From assembly GCF_009914755.1 (NCBI RefSeq), contig NC_060929.1: a stretch of 64,000 nucleotides of DNA. One strand, 5' to 3'. The DNA comes from the human T2T-CHM13v2.0 reference genome, Homo sapiens. Position numbers and translations under genes: made by a program. Numbering within the stretch: the stretch's first letter is position 1; every line of letters begins with the position of its first letter. The notes below the pieces were generated by a model. It made no database searches, had not been told where the DNA came from, and saw only the letters and a program-made list of their open reading frames with translations. Positions 36,771 through 53,580 of this stretch are shown here, piece by piece.

Positions 36771-38134
36771 GGAATCTCCATCTTTAGCAGTCTAGCCAGA
36801 TGATCCTAGTGCACACAAAAGCCTGAGGACATGTGACCCTGAGCTAGGTAGGTCTCAACAAGCAACTACTGAGTGGAAAATCCCCAGGTTGGGGTCCTGA
36901 CCACTTCCTCCTCAGAGGTCATGGAGCAGACGGCACCTGCAGTGTGTGCGTGGGTGGTGGTGGTGGGGGGGGGGAGTTGGGAGGGGGACATAAGAATTTT
37001 CCCTTCCAAAAGAGGGGTGGGGAGCATAGGGCTGGGGTGGGGTATCCGGACTACACTCTGGAAGAGGGATGACAGCTTCCTGAGTCAACGGAAACTTGGT
37101 AGCAAGAAAGCTGCAGAGGAGGCTGCCGGCAGTACAGGATGCAGGGAGAACCCAGGCCTGGGGTTGAGGCCAGGAGACTCAATTCCAGCTTTACTGTGTG
37201 CCTTTAGGTAAGTCATGTTCCTTCTCAGTTTCCCCATCTGTGAAGGGTCAGGGCTGGAACAGATGCTCTCTTCAGTCCTCCTGAGCTCCAGGGCAGCCCT
37301 TCTCCTAAGAAGGCTGGAAATAGAGCCCCTATACCCAGGTGACACTCACAGCTTTGGGGCCTAGATCCTTGCTGTCAAGCAGACCAGAGCCCTGCAGTAG
37401 GTTCAACCTGAAGCAAACCTGAGATAGTAGGACACAGCTGTCAAAAGCAGACAGAGTCAGGGTAGAATGAGAAGACAGTGTCCAGAGCCATGGAGAGCCA
37501 CATGAGCTCAGATTGGGGCTGGTGAGATGCTCTAGAGTATACTCTCATTTTAGAGGGTAAACTGACACACTGGAAGACGTCCCAAAGAAACCGACAGGAT
37601 GTAGGAGGTGGCTCAAAACCAAATTATAGGAGGGGCTGTTAACAGAACAAGAGTTGGTCAGCCTTGAGAACAGGCAGGAAGACCTGATATTGTCTTCAAA
37701 TCTCAGCAGGAATGTCATGGGTAGAAGCTGCTGGCGTGTCATCTACAGCCTTGGAGGACAGGATTGTGGCCAAGCATGAGGAGGTTCCAGAAGTTTCAGT
37801 TCAGTATGAAGAAAAATTTCAGAACCATCACAAACTGGTAGGCTGCCTCATTGGAGGGTGGGGAATCGTGGTGGAAGTGAGCGCTCCATCATTAGTAGCA
37901 TGCAAGAAGAGGTTGGAGAGTCAAACTTCATGCTGTAGATTGGACTGGTGATCTTTTAGAACCCTGAACTCTAACAGTCTATAATTCTAAAAAGCATCAC
38001 TGATGTTCGGCAAGTGAAAGCCTCTGGTAAGCATAAAGAAATTATCTACTACATGGCATGTAAAGACCACCAGCATTAATGGAACCTCAGGGAGCTCTGT
38101 TGAATGCTATTCAGGGAGCAGCATTTTGGGGTGA

Positions 38135-38500
<366 letters not shown>

Positions 38501-40098
38501 AACTACCCTCAAATTCTGAGCCTCACCAGGCAAGAGTGAATTAGGCAGAAGCAACTTGGATAGAAGCCGCCCAGCTATTCCCTACCTTGGGAATCCTAGT
38601 AGGATGGAAGGTAAGAGTAGCCCTGAGGGAGGTTCAGCCTGTCCTGCAGAGACTTGAGCTAGCCCTCTTTGGGAGCCATCACTCCATTCTGTTTGTCAGC
38701 CTTCAAGGCTTGTGTATTTCTGATTAAGTGCTTTGTGTCCTCATTGTTCCTGCTTAACTTAGAGAATTTAGTAATTAAAGAAGACTCCTTAAGAGTTCAC
38801 CCAGCTCCTCCGTGTCCCATACATCACAGGCCTGGCTTCCTCTGAGCATGTAGTTCTATCACACCTATCCTGGCTGAGGAAGGCTTACGGGAACCCAGAG
38901 CAGGGTTGGAAGGGCCCCAGGAGGCAGCTGACTCCAATCCCCACCTCCTTTTTCCAGATAGAAAAGCTGAGGCCCAGAGGTGGGTGGGCAGATAACTTGT
39001 CAGAAGCTGCAAAGCAGGGAAGCAGAGCCCTGGGGAGAATCCAGACTCACAGCTGAGGCTAGAGTCCTTTCCGTCCCCCTGATGCCAGGGTCAGCTTTAT
39101 CTGAGTAGCTGAGCCTGTAGGGGAGAGGTGATTCTAAGTCTCAAGGGGCTCAGGTCACACCCTCCTCAATATCAGAGCTGCCTTTCCGGTGTCTGGCCCA
39201 GCACCACTAGTGCTGGGATCTAAGTAACCACAGTCAGAGCCTATTGGCCGAGGGTAGAGGCAGGAAGGAGGCGGGGAGTGTGGCCCAAGGGGCCCCACTC
39301 CAGGGCCTTCGGGGAGGAAGGGCGGGGCCTAAATGATCAGGGCTGTTGAGAAATGTTAGTGTTCACACCCGAATTACAGAAGCTCAGACAGAACACCATA
39401 AATACAGGCCTTAGCCTCCCCATCTCTAAGATGGGCAGAGATATTCTGCCAAAGTAATGCCTGAATTTGATGTCATTGAAACTCAAACACTGCCAGGGAC
39501 ATTAAAGATTTAATTCATCCCCTTCATATCATATAGTGTGTGGTCAACATTTCCTCACTGGCTGGAGGACAGTCCAATGTGATTGTACAACCAACTTAAA
39601 GTTAGAAGTGCCAGGCTGCACCACTCCGCTGCACCGGGGACACGGCCTATGCTCTGAACACCTGCAGGACCCCCAGAGCACACAAGTCAGGGGCGGATGT
39701 GGTCTCCACTGCTCCTATCTGACCAACTGATGAGGTGTCTCAGGGGAGCAAAGGACCACTTCCTTCTTAAATACCCCTGCACCTGGTGAGCCAGACCACA
39801 GCAGACAAGCATCAGAAGGGCCTTGAGTGCAAGGCCTCACTTCACAGACGATGACACTGAGGCCTAGAGAAAGCCTTTCTAATACACCTTATTTATTTTC
39901 TTCCTCCCTAGGGCTCCCGTTTTCTTGTCCCATATCAGCTTCCCAGGGTGTCTGCTAGTTCTGGTTGCCTCAGAGGGCCTGGAGCTGGCAAAAGCACTAG
40001 ACATTATTTCTAGCATTTGGGTCAGCCTGGCAGGCAGGACCCTGAAGGAGCTGGACAGAAAATGGTGTCAGTAGCTGGATGGGGGTGGGGAAAGAGAC

Positions 40099-40256
40099 AG
40101 GCTGAGGGCCCAGATACCTGTCTCCCAGTCCAATGGCAAACTGGAAGGCCAGAGCCAAGGTCCTAGCTTGCCATCTGAGGCTGAGCGCCTGGATACCTGT
40201 CTCACAGTCCAATGGCAAATTGAGAGTCCAGAGCCAAGGTCCTAGCTTGCCATCTG
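40099..40256. repeat. 79-bp tandem duplication (2 copies)
   Basis: aggctgag..gatacctgtctc.cagtccaatggcaaa...ccagagccaaggtcctagcttgccatctg at 40099 and 40178. Confidence 0.9.
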
Positions 40257-40874
40257 CTTGCTGTGTGACCTTGAGTGGACACTCTTCCTTTTCTGTGCTT
40301 CTGTACCCTCCTCTGCATGGCATGGAATTGTGCAATGGGATACGTAAGAGCCCTTCTGGTTTTGACATGCTGTGGATGGGGAAGAAGGGGCAGAGTGAGG
40401 TCATCTTGCTATCTCATCTTCTGTCGATCCTGTCCGGCTTGTTTGCTCTGGGCAGGGCAGAGGCAGTTTGACACACTCAGCTGTTAGCTCTGGTCATGGA
40501 GGGGGCTTCTCTGGAGAGCAGGAAAGGAGGGTCCCTTGCTCAGGAGGCCTGGGTGAGAACCTGGAGCCCTCCACACCATCCCCTGTTCTTCAGCAGACAG
40601 TGTAAGGGTGGTTGTAAAAGAGAGGGCGGGATTGCCTGAAAGCAGAGAATGACAGAGCTCAGCCATCTCCCAAGTTGCACGCAGCATGCTCCTAATTCTA
40701 CAGTAGCACTGTGAACAGAAATAAGTACCCATTAGTGAGGACAAGGAGGATGCACAGGATGCTCAGGGCAGGACCATTTGCAGTAGGGAAATGCTGTAAA
40801 CTGAGGACTGGCTGGATATACTCAGGGACATAATACTATGTCATTTCATTCATATGTTTAAGAGAGTGAAGTAG

Positions 40875-41665
<791 letters not shown>

Positions 41666-41849
41666 ATTCTTAGGATTTTTAAAGCAACAACGCATTCAAG
41701 AATTACTTATATACAAAGAAATTAACAACAACAAGAAAAAGGTACCTCTCTTGGAACCTGAAAGCCTCCCCCAGAGTCAAGGTACAGACAGAGAAATCAA
41801 GGCTGGGGAAGAGAATAGTTAGCAAAAGAGGCAGAAGTGGACCCATTGT

Positions 41850-42165
41850 TAGAATGATGAATACCAGAGGTTGGGAAGGACGTGTGTGTGGGGTGCGGGG
41901 AATGAAGAAAGGCTGGTCAAACGATACAAACATACAGCCAGATGGAAGGACTACATTCTAATGTTCCATAGCAACCATGAACTGTATACTTTAAAATAGC
42001 TAGAAGAGAGGACTTGAAACGTTCCCAACACATAGAAATGATAAATACTCGAGGTGATGAAACTCCAAATACCCTGACTTGATCATTACACAGTCTATGC
42101 ACCTAACAAAATATCATATGTACCTGAGAAGTATGTAAAATATTATATATCAATAAAAAATATAA
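41850..42165 (+). mobile_element. L1MA-type 3' end
   Basis: 'aaaatagctagaagagaggacttgaaacgttcccaacacatagaaatgataaat...accctgacttgatcattacaca'. Confidence 0.8.
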
Positions 42166-42399
42166 AGAAGTAGGCCCCATTCTTGACTCCCAGTCCAGTG
42201 CTCTTTCCTCTACAGATGCAGCTGCTGGTGTCCAAAAGCAATGGGCCCTGTCCAGGCACCTCCTTGTTTACAGTGCTGCCTCTTCTGCTGCCAAGATGGG
42301 TTCCAAAGGGAGGCACTGGGTTCTTGCTGTCATTTTTGATTGCTGGCAACTTGGGGCTGGGGGTGAGAGGGTGGGTAAGGAGCAATTAACCTTGCGATA

Positions 42400-42820
42400 T
42401 GAAAGTTTCCTAAAGCTGCTGTAACAAATTACCACGCACTTGGTGGCTGAAAACAACAGAAATGTATTCTCTCACAGTTCTGGAAGTTAGAAGTGTAAAT
42501 TCAAGGTATCAGCCGAGCTGGCTCTTCTGGAGGCTCTGAGGGAGGATCTGTTACCTCCCTCTCTCCCAGATCCTGGTGGGTGCTGGCAATCCTTCGTTCT
42601 CTGGCTTGGGAGATGTGTCACTTCATTCCCTGCTCTTCTCCCTGTGTGTCTGTGTCCAAATTTCCCTCTTCTTGTTGGGACACCAGTCACTGGATTAGGG
42701 CCCATCCAATGTGACCTCATTTTAACTCAATGGCCCCTGCAAAGACCCTATTTCAAATAATGTCGCATTTACAGGTTCTGGGTGAATGTAAATGTAGGAG
42801 GGGACATTACTGAATCCAGT
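42400..42820. mobile_element. MaLR solo LTR (MLT1-family)
   Basis: 'gctgctgtaacaaattaccac...aaacaacagaaatgtattctctcacagttctgga' and 'cactggattagggcccatcc'. Confidence 0.85.
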
Positions 42821-45800
42821 AAAGGTAACAGCTTTTCTGATGTCCAGGCCATTTCCTTAAGGAAGGCACAGGGGCAGGGTCACATGGGGCAGTAGAAAAT
42901 GGCGAGGAAAGCCACAAAGGTCATTGTACACTCAGTGAAAAAAAACTCCATTGCAGAGAGGAGGAAATCTGGAAGTAGGTCAGACTGCATATCACTTGTC
43001 TTGGGGGGATGCATGGATGTGGATGGCTGTTTTAGGTATAGTACAGTGTTTGGCCTAGATGTTCTGGAAGGTTCAGATTTGAAAATAAGGTGACACAAGA
43101 TAAACTATTTTTAGGGATTAAGATTCACCTTGCAAGACAAATAGGATGGCTTGTCTTCAGGTAATGGATGGGTTTAGATCTGCTAAAGATGGATGGATCT
43201 TCTCTTGCTCCTTTTCTCTGCCAAGGTGGGACAGCAGGAGCTCCCTCCCCACTGCCAGTCCTGCTGCAGTGGGGGCTCCCAGTCTGGCCCTCTGCCCTGG
43301 TCACTGGGGACGGCTCACAGTGCTGAGGGAGGAGGATGCAGAGGACCGAGTGCCAGCCGTGTGGACGGAAGCCCAAGTACACCCTGAGGTGTCAGAGCCA
43401 GAACTAGGGTCATCTGAGAGGCTCTTCCTTTCGTTGGGAGGGTACTTACACTCTTCGAGTTTATTTTTTGAATATGAACATTCATGAATTTCATACTGAG
43501 ACCCCTTAGAGCTCCTTTTCCAGGCAGGTCTCAGACTTTTGTTCACTGGCTGATCTACGCACCCTGAGATGTCAGGGGGCAGCCCCTCCTAACCAGAGTT
43601 TCACTGTCTTGATTTATATAGCAGCCTGTTTCTGTGCAATTAATTTAAAATTTCATCTTTTCTGCCCTTTTTATGACAAAAAAGAAACACAGTGCTGACA
43701 TGAAGCACAGGTCCCAAGCCTAACAGCCAACTGAAGCAAAAATGGGAGCCCTTAGGTATCTGGGAACTTGTCAGGCTCTCAGGGGACCTACATCAGCCAC
43801 CCATGAATTCAATAGAGGAAAAGAATTAAAAACATGTACATGTGCAGAAAATATATCACCAAAGGTTGTATCTCAAAGGCAGAGAGTATTGGGAATTATT
43901 CTAGTGTGTTTTAGGTTGCCAAACGCAAAAATCTGGTATTTAATCTCACAGGTCTTCCAGAGTGCCTTGTGCATGGAAGCCTGTACTGGCTTTAGCTAGG
44001 AAGATTGGTGGGCATTAGTTTCTAGGTTGGGCAAAATCATCAGCTCGGAGGCCATGTACATGCCAACATCTCCATGATGGTTGGGGCAGGGGGCTGAGTG
44101 CTGCAGAGGCAGCTTTCCTTCACGCTCCTCAACTGTCCTGCCCTTACCAACCGAGCTAGAAGATCAGATTTGCCCACTCCTCCTGACCAGGTGTCAAGGG
44201 CTGCTCCCATATTCCTTCTGCCTAGCATGCCCTCCTGAGTAACTCGCCTGCCCCATAAGTGCCTAACCCCCGCCCCCCTTCTAAACCCAGCCAAGATGCT
44301 GTCTCTCTAAGGGGCCTTCCTTGACCCCCCCGAGTCCAAAGCCACACTGGCCCCAGGTAGGAGGAAAACACAAGGGATGTTCATCAATTACCAGGGTAGG
44401 AGTGCAGACTGCAAAGAACCACGCGTCCAAACCGGTTAAATAAGCCACGGAACAGCCACAGGACATTAGGTAGCCATTAAAAAGTCCGTGTTTCCATGGA
44501 CTACTTAACATGGGAAAATGCCCCCGGAAGAATATTAAGTAACTGGAATATAACCATATAAAACATACTCTTAGCTTTATACAGATAGTCATACTCACAT
44601 CTATAATATACATAGGAAAAAATGGTACAAAGAATGACACTGAAATGTACACAGTGGCTATCTCTTAATTGTGAGATAAAAAGATTTTTAAATTTCTTAT
44701 ACTTTCCCACATTTTGAAATTTTGACTCAAAATAATAATCAGAACAATTCCATTTTTTAATGGAATCGTAAATATTTGCTAGTCGTAGGTTTGCATCCCC
44801 TCTAATATTCTTGCCAAAATGCCACCTGACCCCTGCTTGAACCCTCCAGTGATAGGAACTCACTACCCTTTGAGGCCTTTTTTTGGCCACTTATTCCTCA
44901 TGAGTAGAAATCTGCTCGATTTAGCCTCCCCTACTGGCCACTGTGCTGCCTTCTGGAACAACAGAGAAAAAAACTGCTTTCCATGCCCCTTGACAAGACT
45001 TCAGAGATTTGAAGGAAGAGGCCAGACACTAGCCTGCATCCTCCCACCCTGCCCGCGTCAACCTTCCAAGAACACTAATGTCCTTTAGCTCCCACGTCCC
45101 GGGGTACTTTCCTTGGGTACAATCTAGGCAGTGATGTCCTTAAAGCATAACATTAAGTCTGTGCCTCCTTATCTCCTTCAAAGGCATCCTTCTTGCTAGT
45201 CAGGGTATCAGAGACTCTGTCACATACAGTCTTTCATCTAATCTTTAGAACAACCCTATGGCACAGGAGCTAATACCAAGCCTATCTTACAGATGAGGAA
45301 ACTGAGGCATGGAGAAGCCAAGCCACTCTTAAGGTCACTTAATGGATCTTCCATGTAGTCAAGACTGAACCAGCATCCAACCCAGAGCCCGGTGTGGTCG
45401 ACCCACAAATGTTTGCCAAGTTAGCCATGCCCTTGTTGTCTACTGGTTGATTTCAGAATTACCCAAGCCTGCTCCAGCCTCTTCCTTATCATTCACTTCT
45501 GTCACCTGGCTTGCTACATGGATGTGCTCATGAAGGGCTGCTGAATGACTGACCCACCAAGTACCTGTCACCTGAGGCCCAGCTTTGGCAGCTGTGCTGA
45601 GCCCCTTCTCAGAGGTCCTGCTTGGAACTATGGAGCTATAGCCACAGCCTTCGGGAATGGAGAGTTCAGACATCATTCCTGGTACTCTGCAGTGTCACAC
45701 AAAGGGGGTTGGCCACGAGATGCCTCCTGCACCAGTCCCCACCCCCCTCCGCTTCCTACCCTATTGCCCAAGGGAGGCTGGTAACCTGTTGGGGATAGGA

Positions 45801-48489
45801 AGGCCCCTCCTTACCACTGTGGCTGGCAAGTCCCCAGAAGGCTTGTTTCCTTGACCCCTACCCACTCTGCCTGGCCTTCTCCTGAGTCCTCCTGGGGGAT
45901 GTGACCACATTAGCCATGGTCTTTGCCAAGAAGAAGGGTTTAGGCAGGACCACACGATCCAGATGGTTCCTCAGCACCCACCCCCAGCCTGCCAGGAACC
46001 CTATTCATTTATTCCCAGCATTTCAACTTGTCCCAATAAGGCAGTGACCTAGTCCCAGGCCAGGCCTCTCAGGGTGGTCTAGAACATCTAGTCGGCCAAG
46101 CCCAACAGGCACCATAGACCACAGAACTCAGCAGACCCCCAGATCCTTGAACCTGGAGTGACATGAGAAGGCCTCATGGTCAAGCTCCTGTCCCTAGCCA
46201 GGATAATCCTTTCTAAAAGTGCCTGCCTCATTCCTTGCTGCCTGCCACCTCCATTCTCCACAAAGAACCCCCTCACGCTGTGCTTTCAGTGGCTCAGCCT
46301 TTGCTTAGGCCTTGGCCATGAGTGGGTAACTCCTGCCATACCTTCCAAACCACCCTTCCTCAAAAACCCTTCCCGCATCTCTCAAGGCTAGATGTGATGC
46401 TCCTACTGCTCCCTGGGCCAACCCCTAGCATGGCTCTTATTTGTCCCTCATTCACTCAAATATCTACTTAAGCACCTGCTCCATGATCTGTATAAGGCAA
46501 TGAGCACCAGATGGGGAGTGCAGAAAGCCAGGCTCAACTGCACAGCTTTGCCACCAACTGGCTGTGTGACTTTGGACCCATCGTTCCTCACTGAGCCTCA
46601 GTTTCCCCGGTAAAGTGGGAAAGATTCTGCAGCTCAGCCTAACTTCCAGGGCTTCTGTGAGACTGGGCGGGATGTGAAAGCATGCTGTAAACACTCAGGG
46701 TGAGTCATGGTTATCAGAACCTAACCCCTCTGTAGCCTGAGCTCATTTTTGTCCATCCCATCCCTGGAGTCCCCCTCTCTCCCAGGGGGCTGGTAGCCTG
46801 TTGGGGATGAACTTGGGAGCTCATGCCTTCCAAGGGGTTGGCACCTGGGTGAGAAATTGGGCAGGAGCACAGCCTACAGGGATGAGAACTTTAAACAAAA
46901 ACAGCCCATAAATCTTGCCATATAGGGGCAGGGGCCTGGCATGGCTGGGGCCAAGAAGGCATGCCAGGCTGTTCTCTGAGGCAACAGGAGTAAAAGATTT
47001 TACGCTAAAGTCATCAAGAAGCCACTGGAAGCACAGCGGGAGGAGGTGGAGACAAAGAACACGGAGCTAGGGGACTAGATACCTGGGTTCTGCTCTGTGT
47101 TGCTCTGTGACCTCAGTCATGCTCCTTCCCTTTTCTAGGCCTTAACCTCCTATCTGTATAGTGGGTGCGTCAGCCCAGGTAGTACCCAAAGGCCCTTTCC
47201 AACTCAGACAGGCTGTGCCAGCTTTACTTGCCCTTCAGAGCTTTGGCTGTGCCAGGGACAGGCAGGAACAGCTGGTAAGTCTCTCAGAAGGAGCAGGAGC
47301 CAAAGAACCTGTGCTTACTGTGACCTCCTCTTCCAGCTTGTGGAAGGGTCAGGCTCTTCCCCGTTTCCTCCACCTCTAGGTAGATGGAATTCACCCTTGG
47401 TCCACTTTGCAAGCTACAAGGTTGACACAGGTGCAGAGAACACAGACTCTCAGATGCTTAGGGATCATCCTGCTCATCACTCCCCATACAGGGAGAAACT
47501 GAGACCCAGGGAGACACAAGGGCTTGCTTGGGGTCACCCAGTATGTTTATGGCACCACCAGGACTTACACCCAGGGCTAATGTCTGCCTACCACTTGCTC
47601 AGTTACAAGTCTCAGCCAAGGCTCAGGTCTCTCCGCCTTGTCATCCCTGTCAGCCAGCCCCTTCCTTCTACTGATAGAGCCAAGCCTCAGTTTCCCTGTT
47701 GGAGTGAGTAAAGACATGAGGGTTTCTAGGTCAGGAGTTGGTGAGAATTTCGATCTGGTAATAAAGGGAGAGCAAGGAAAGCCAGGAGGTGTCAGAGAAG
47801 GGAGTAGAATCCTCCAGGCTAGGACTACTGTTAGGCAGAAAAACCTGTACTCAGGGCACAAGCAAAGCAGGAGCAGAGGGAGGACTAAAGTTCATTGCAA
47901 AACTATTAAACACTGTCACAGTTTGGGGCCTCTCAAGGTCTCAAGGGGGAATGATGATAAAGTTTAAGGGATCACCTAGTCCCACCTGGCTAGGGGGCAG
48001 GTAGTGGTAAGAAAAGGGGCCAGAATTTGAGGGTCCTTCTTCCCCTCTGCCTCACAGTGTCCCCTGAGGAGGCTATCTTTCTAGCTCCAGGCTCTGACCT
48101 TCTGGGCTCGTCAGACCCCAAGGGGCAGCTGGTCTCACTGCAAGAAACCTGAGAATTGTCCCCTGGGCCCTGACCCAGCTCCAAGGCCCCTTGGGGGAAG
48201 GACAGGAAGGGAGGAGAGGGCCACAGAACGCAGTAGATCTCCTCCCTCTTTGGCCCCTCCCAGCTACCCCAAGGGCAGCCCACACTCACCAGCTCTGGGG
48301 CCTGCAAGAGCCCTAAGACCAGCGCCTCAAACTTTAAAGCGTCATCACCTGGGCATATTGTTAAAAGGCAGCTTCTGTCTTGGCAAGACTGGGCCTGAGC
48401 CTGAGATTCTGCATTTCTGACAGGTCCCCAGGGATGCTGATACTGCGAGTCTGTGGAACACTCTTCGAGCAGCCCTGAGATTATCAGCC

Positions 48490-49150
48490 TTTAACCCCCG
48501 GGGGGAGGAAGCCGAAGGCCCAGAGAGGTCAAGTCACTTGTCCATGGCCACACAGCGAACAGCCCCAGACCGAAAGCAGAGGGCACCTGCCACAGACACA
48601 CGACATCTCCCCACCCGAGGCAGCGGGAATCAGCTGCCTTTCCCTGGCCCGGGTGCCGTGTTTGTAAACTCGGCTGCTTGGTGCGGCTCGGGCCGGGGTA
48701 AAGGGCGCCTCCCAGCAGAGCCTCCCTCGTCTCTGAGCTGGCCTCTCCAGGTTCTCCGTCCGGTATCCCGGGCCGACCAGAGAGAGCCCGGGGCGCCGAG
48801 TCCTCTGCGGCGGAGCGATTCCGCACTCCCGTCTCCTCTGAAAGCAAACTTCTCCGCCGGCGCCCTTTACCTTTTTCGGGGGTTTGCAGCTGCTCAGCCT
48901 GCTGTGTCTGCAGCCCATCCTCCTCCGGGGGCTCCCGGACGCCGCTTCCCAACTCCGGGGCCCCCAGAGGAGCCTGCGATCCGGGCCCCGCTGCCCGCTC
49001 CGCGCCCGCCGGCTGGGGCTGCCGGCGAGACCCTGAAACTGAACCTGGAAGCGCTGTCTTGAGCCTGAGCTGGGGCGGCCGCCCGCCGTAAATACCCGAA
49101 GAGCGGGGCCTCAGTGTAGCCGGCAGGGCCAGCGGCGCCGCCACCAGAGG
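48490..49150 (-). promoter_or_regulatory. CpG island / promoter and 5'UTR of CCDC69
   Basis: Abrupt rise in GC and CpG density around exon 1, GC boxes (e.g. GGGGCGG near 49072), no canonical TATA seen. Confidence 0.85.
48871..48918 (-). CDS. CCDC69: CCDC69 coding exon 1 (MGCRHSRLSSCKPPKK)
   Basis: ATG at 48918-48916 within a CpG island; 48 nt; donor AAG|gtaaag, phase 0. Matches the recalled N-terminus of human coiled-coil domain-containing protein 69. Confidence 0.97.
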
Positions 49151-49494
49151 CAGGTGACCAGAATCCTTCTAAATAATAGGAAGCTCTGGTCAGGGCAGAA
49201 GAAAAGAAAACCTCAAGGAGCAACAGATGCTTTTCCGAACCCTCAGCTAAGAAAGGGCCGGGGGAAAAAATAATTAAAGCAATTATTTGATAAACTAACA
49301 ACTATCATTCATTGAGGGCTGTTTTTGTCCCAGTTGTTTTATACATTTTATTTCTATTTCTTGCCATATCAGTGCAACAAAGGTATTACTTCCTCCATTT
49401 TACAGGTGAGGAAAATGGTGTTCAGAGATGCAACATGATTTGCCTAAGGTCACATGGCTAGTAAGTTACCACAGCCCAGATAGAATCCAGTTCC

Positions 49495-50123
<629 letters not shown>

Positions 50124-51054
50124 TGATAGTTTTTTCCACCTCACAAGCATCTGTAATATTTGACTCTATCCATCTTGGATAGATGTTATTCATCACAACA
50201 ACCTCTTGAGGCAGGCCAGGTATGGTGACTATGGGACATAAAATGTCAGTGTCTAGGAAAAGGAGCTTTTGTTTATCTTCTCTTTGTTATTAGCTGAGGT
50301 TTCTGAAATGGCAATGCAGGAAAAAGATAACCAATTTTGAAAATCAGTGTGTATGCCTATTTGCGTGTATATTGGAATATTAAAGTCAGGCCCAAAACTC
50401 TTGGAAAGGTGTGCTGTGAAAACGGCTTAGAGTCATGAATGGGGAAAGAATATGAGGCCTCAAAAAAATTGCTCCCTCCATAGGGTACAAAACCAATTGC
50501 AAAAGTGTGTAAGAAAGGAAACTAAGGAAACGTGTTATTAGGTTCTCAAAAGCAAGTATAATAGAGAATGGTGGCTCACAAAGTGTGATTCCCAAATCAG
50601 CAGTGTCAGCACTACCAGCCGCCTTTGTTGGAAATGCAAATTCTCGGGCCCCACCCCTGGCCTAAACTCTGGGGATGGGGCTTAGGAATCTATGGCTTCA
50701 TAAGCACTCCACTCATGTCTGGCCTGGGCTAAAGTTTGAGAACCCCTGCCATAGGACGTGCTCCACAGGTACTGAAGAAACAGGATATACTTAAATTATA
50801 CTAAAATTAACAATGTTTATTGGAACAGTGCTCATGATTAAAAACAAAGAACCCAAAACAACCTAAACAGCCAAGAAAAGAAGGTTGGTTAAATACATTA
50901 TGCTATATCCATAAAAATAGAATGCCACATAACCAGCAAAAATACTGATGAAGATGAATTTTTTGTGTTACAAAACATAACAAACTCATTTTCATTAAAA
51001 AAAAAAATTGAGTGACTACCACTGTATTGGTGAGATTTTGAAATTTTAAAACAG

Positions 51055-52950
<1,896 letters not shown>

Positions 52951-53177
52951 AATAGCTTGGAGTGGTGGGTAGGAACTAGGAGGCAAGTTCTTTCCCTGGA
53001 GCCCCAGCTCTCAAGACATCTTGCCTCCAGCCTCTTTGAGCCTCCTGGGAGAGCAGGTTCAGATTTCACAATTTCCCACTGCTGGATTTTTGGTCATGTG
53101 TTTTGAAGTTCATGCCTGAGAAACTTGAGCAGCATGAGTTTGATAAAGTTGCCAATGAGATTTTTGATGGTTGGTGT

Positions 53178-53580
53178 ACCAGTCAGGTTAGGTTAGGTTT
53201 TGCTGAGACAATAAAAAGCATAACACAAGACTTTGTGACTTAACACAAGAGAAGCTAAGTTTTTGCTCACACTACGTGTCCAGAACGGGCAGGCAGTGGG
53301 CTCTGCTTCACAGAGAAGTTCCACATCATCATATAACACAGCCTTCTCAACATGAAGGCTTTAGGATTTGCTGCACAAAGAGAAGGGAGTGTACCGAGAA
53401 TAGTGCATAGGGCCTTAACTGCTTCCACTTGGAGGAGACGCACATTAGGTCCACTCACATTTCATTGGCCAAAGCAAGTCAAACAATCATGCCCAACTTT
53501 AAGAGGATGGGAAAGTGCAATGTGTGTGCAGAAGGAGAGGAGAATCAGAAATATTGGCAAATAGCATAATGTCTACCATA
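53178..53580. mobile_element. Old MaLR solo LTR (MLT1K/L-like)
   Basis: 'cagtcaggttaggttaggttttgctg...' start and 'cacatttcattggccaaagcaagtc' motif. Confidence 0.65.

Noticed and set aside
47981-49155. CTCF-like motifs (tggctagggggcag near 47988; ccaccagaggcag near 49141)
   Set aside because: Several mismatches to the core consensus; cannot be supported without ChIP data.
48491-49301. Several 130-217 aa ORFs at the promoter
   Set aside because: Stop-poor CpG island. Only 48871-48918 is supported as coding; the 129-aa ORF 48529..48918 is read-through into intron 1.
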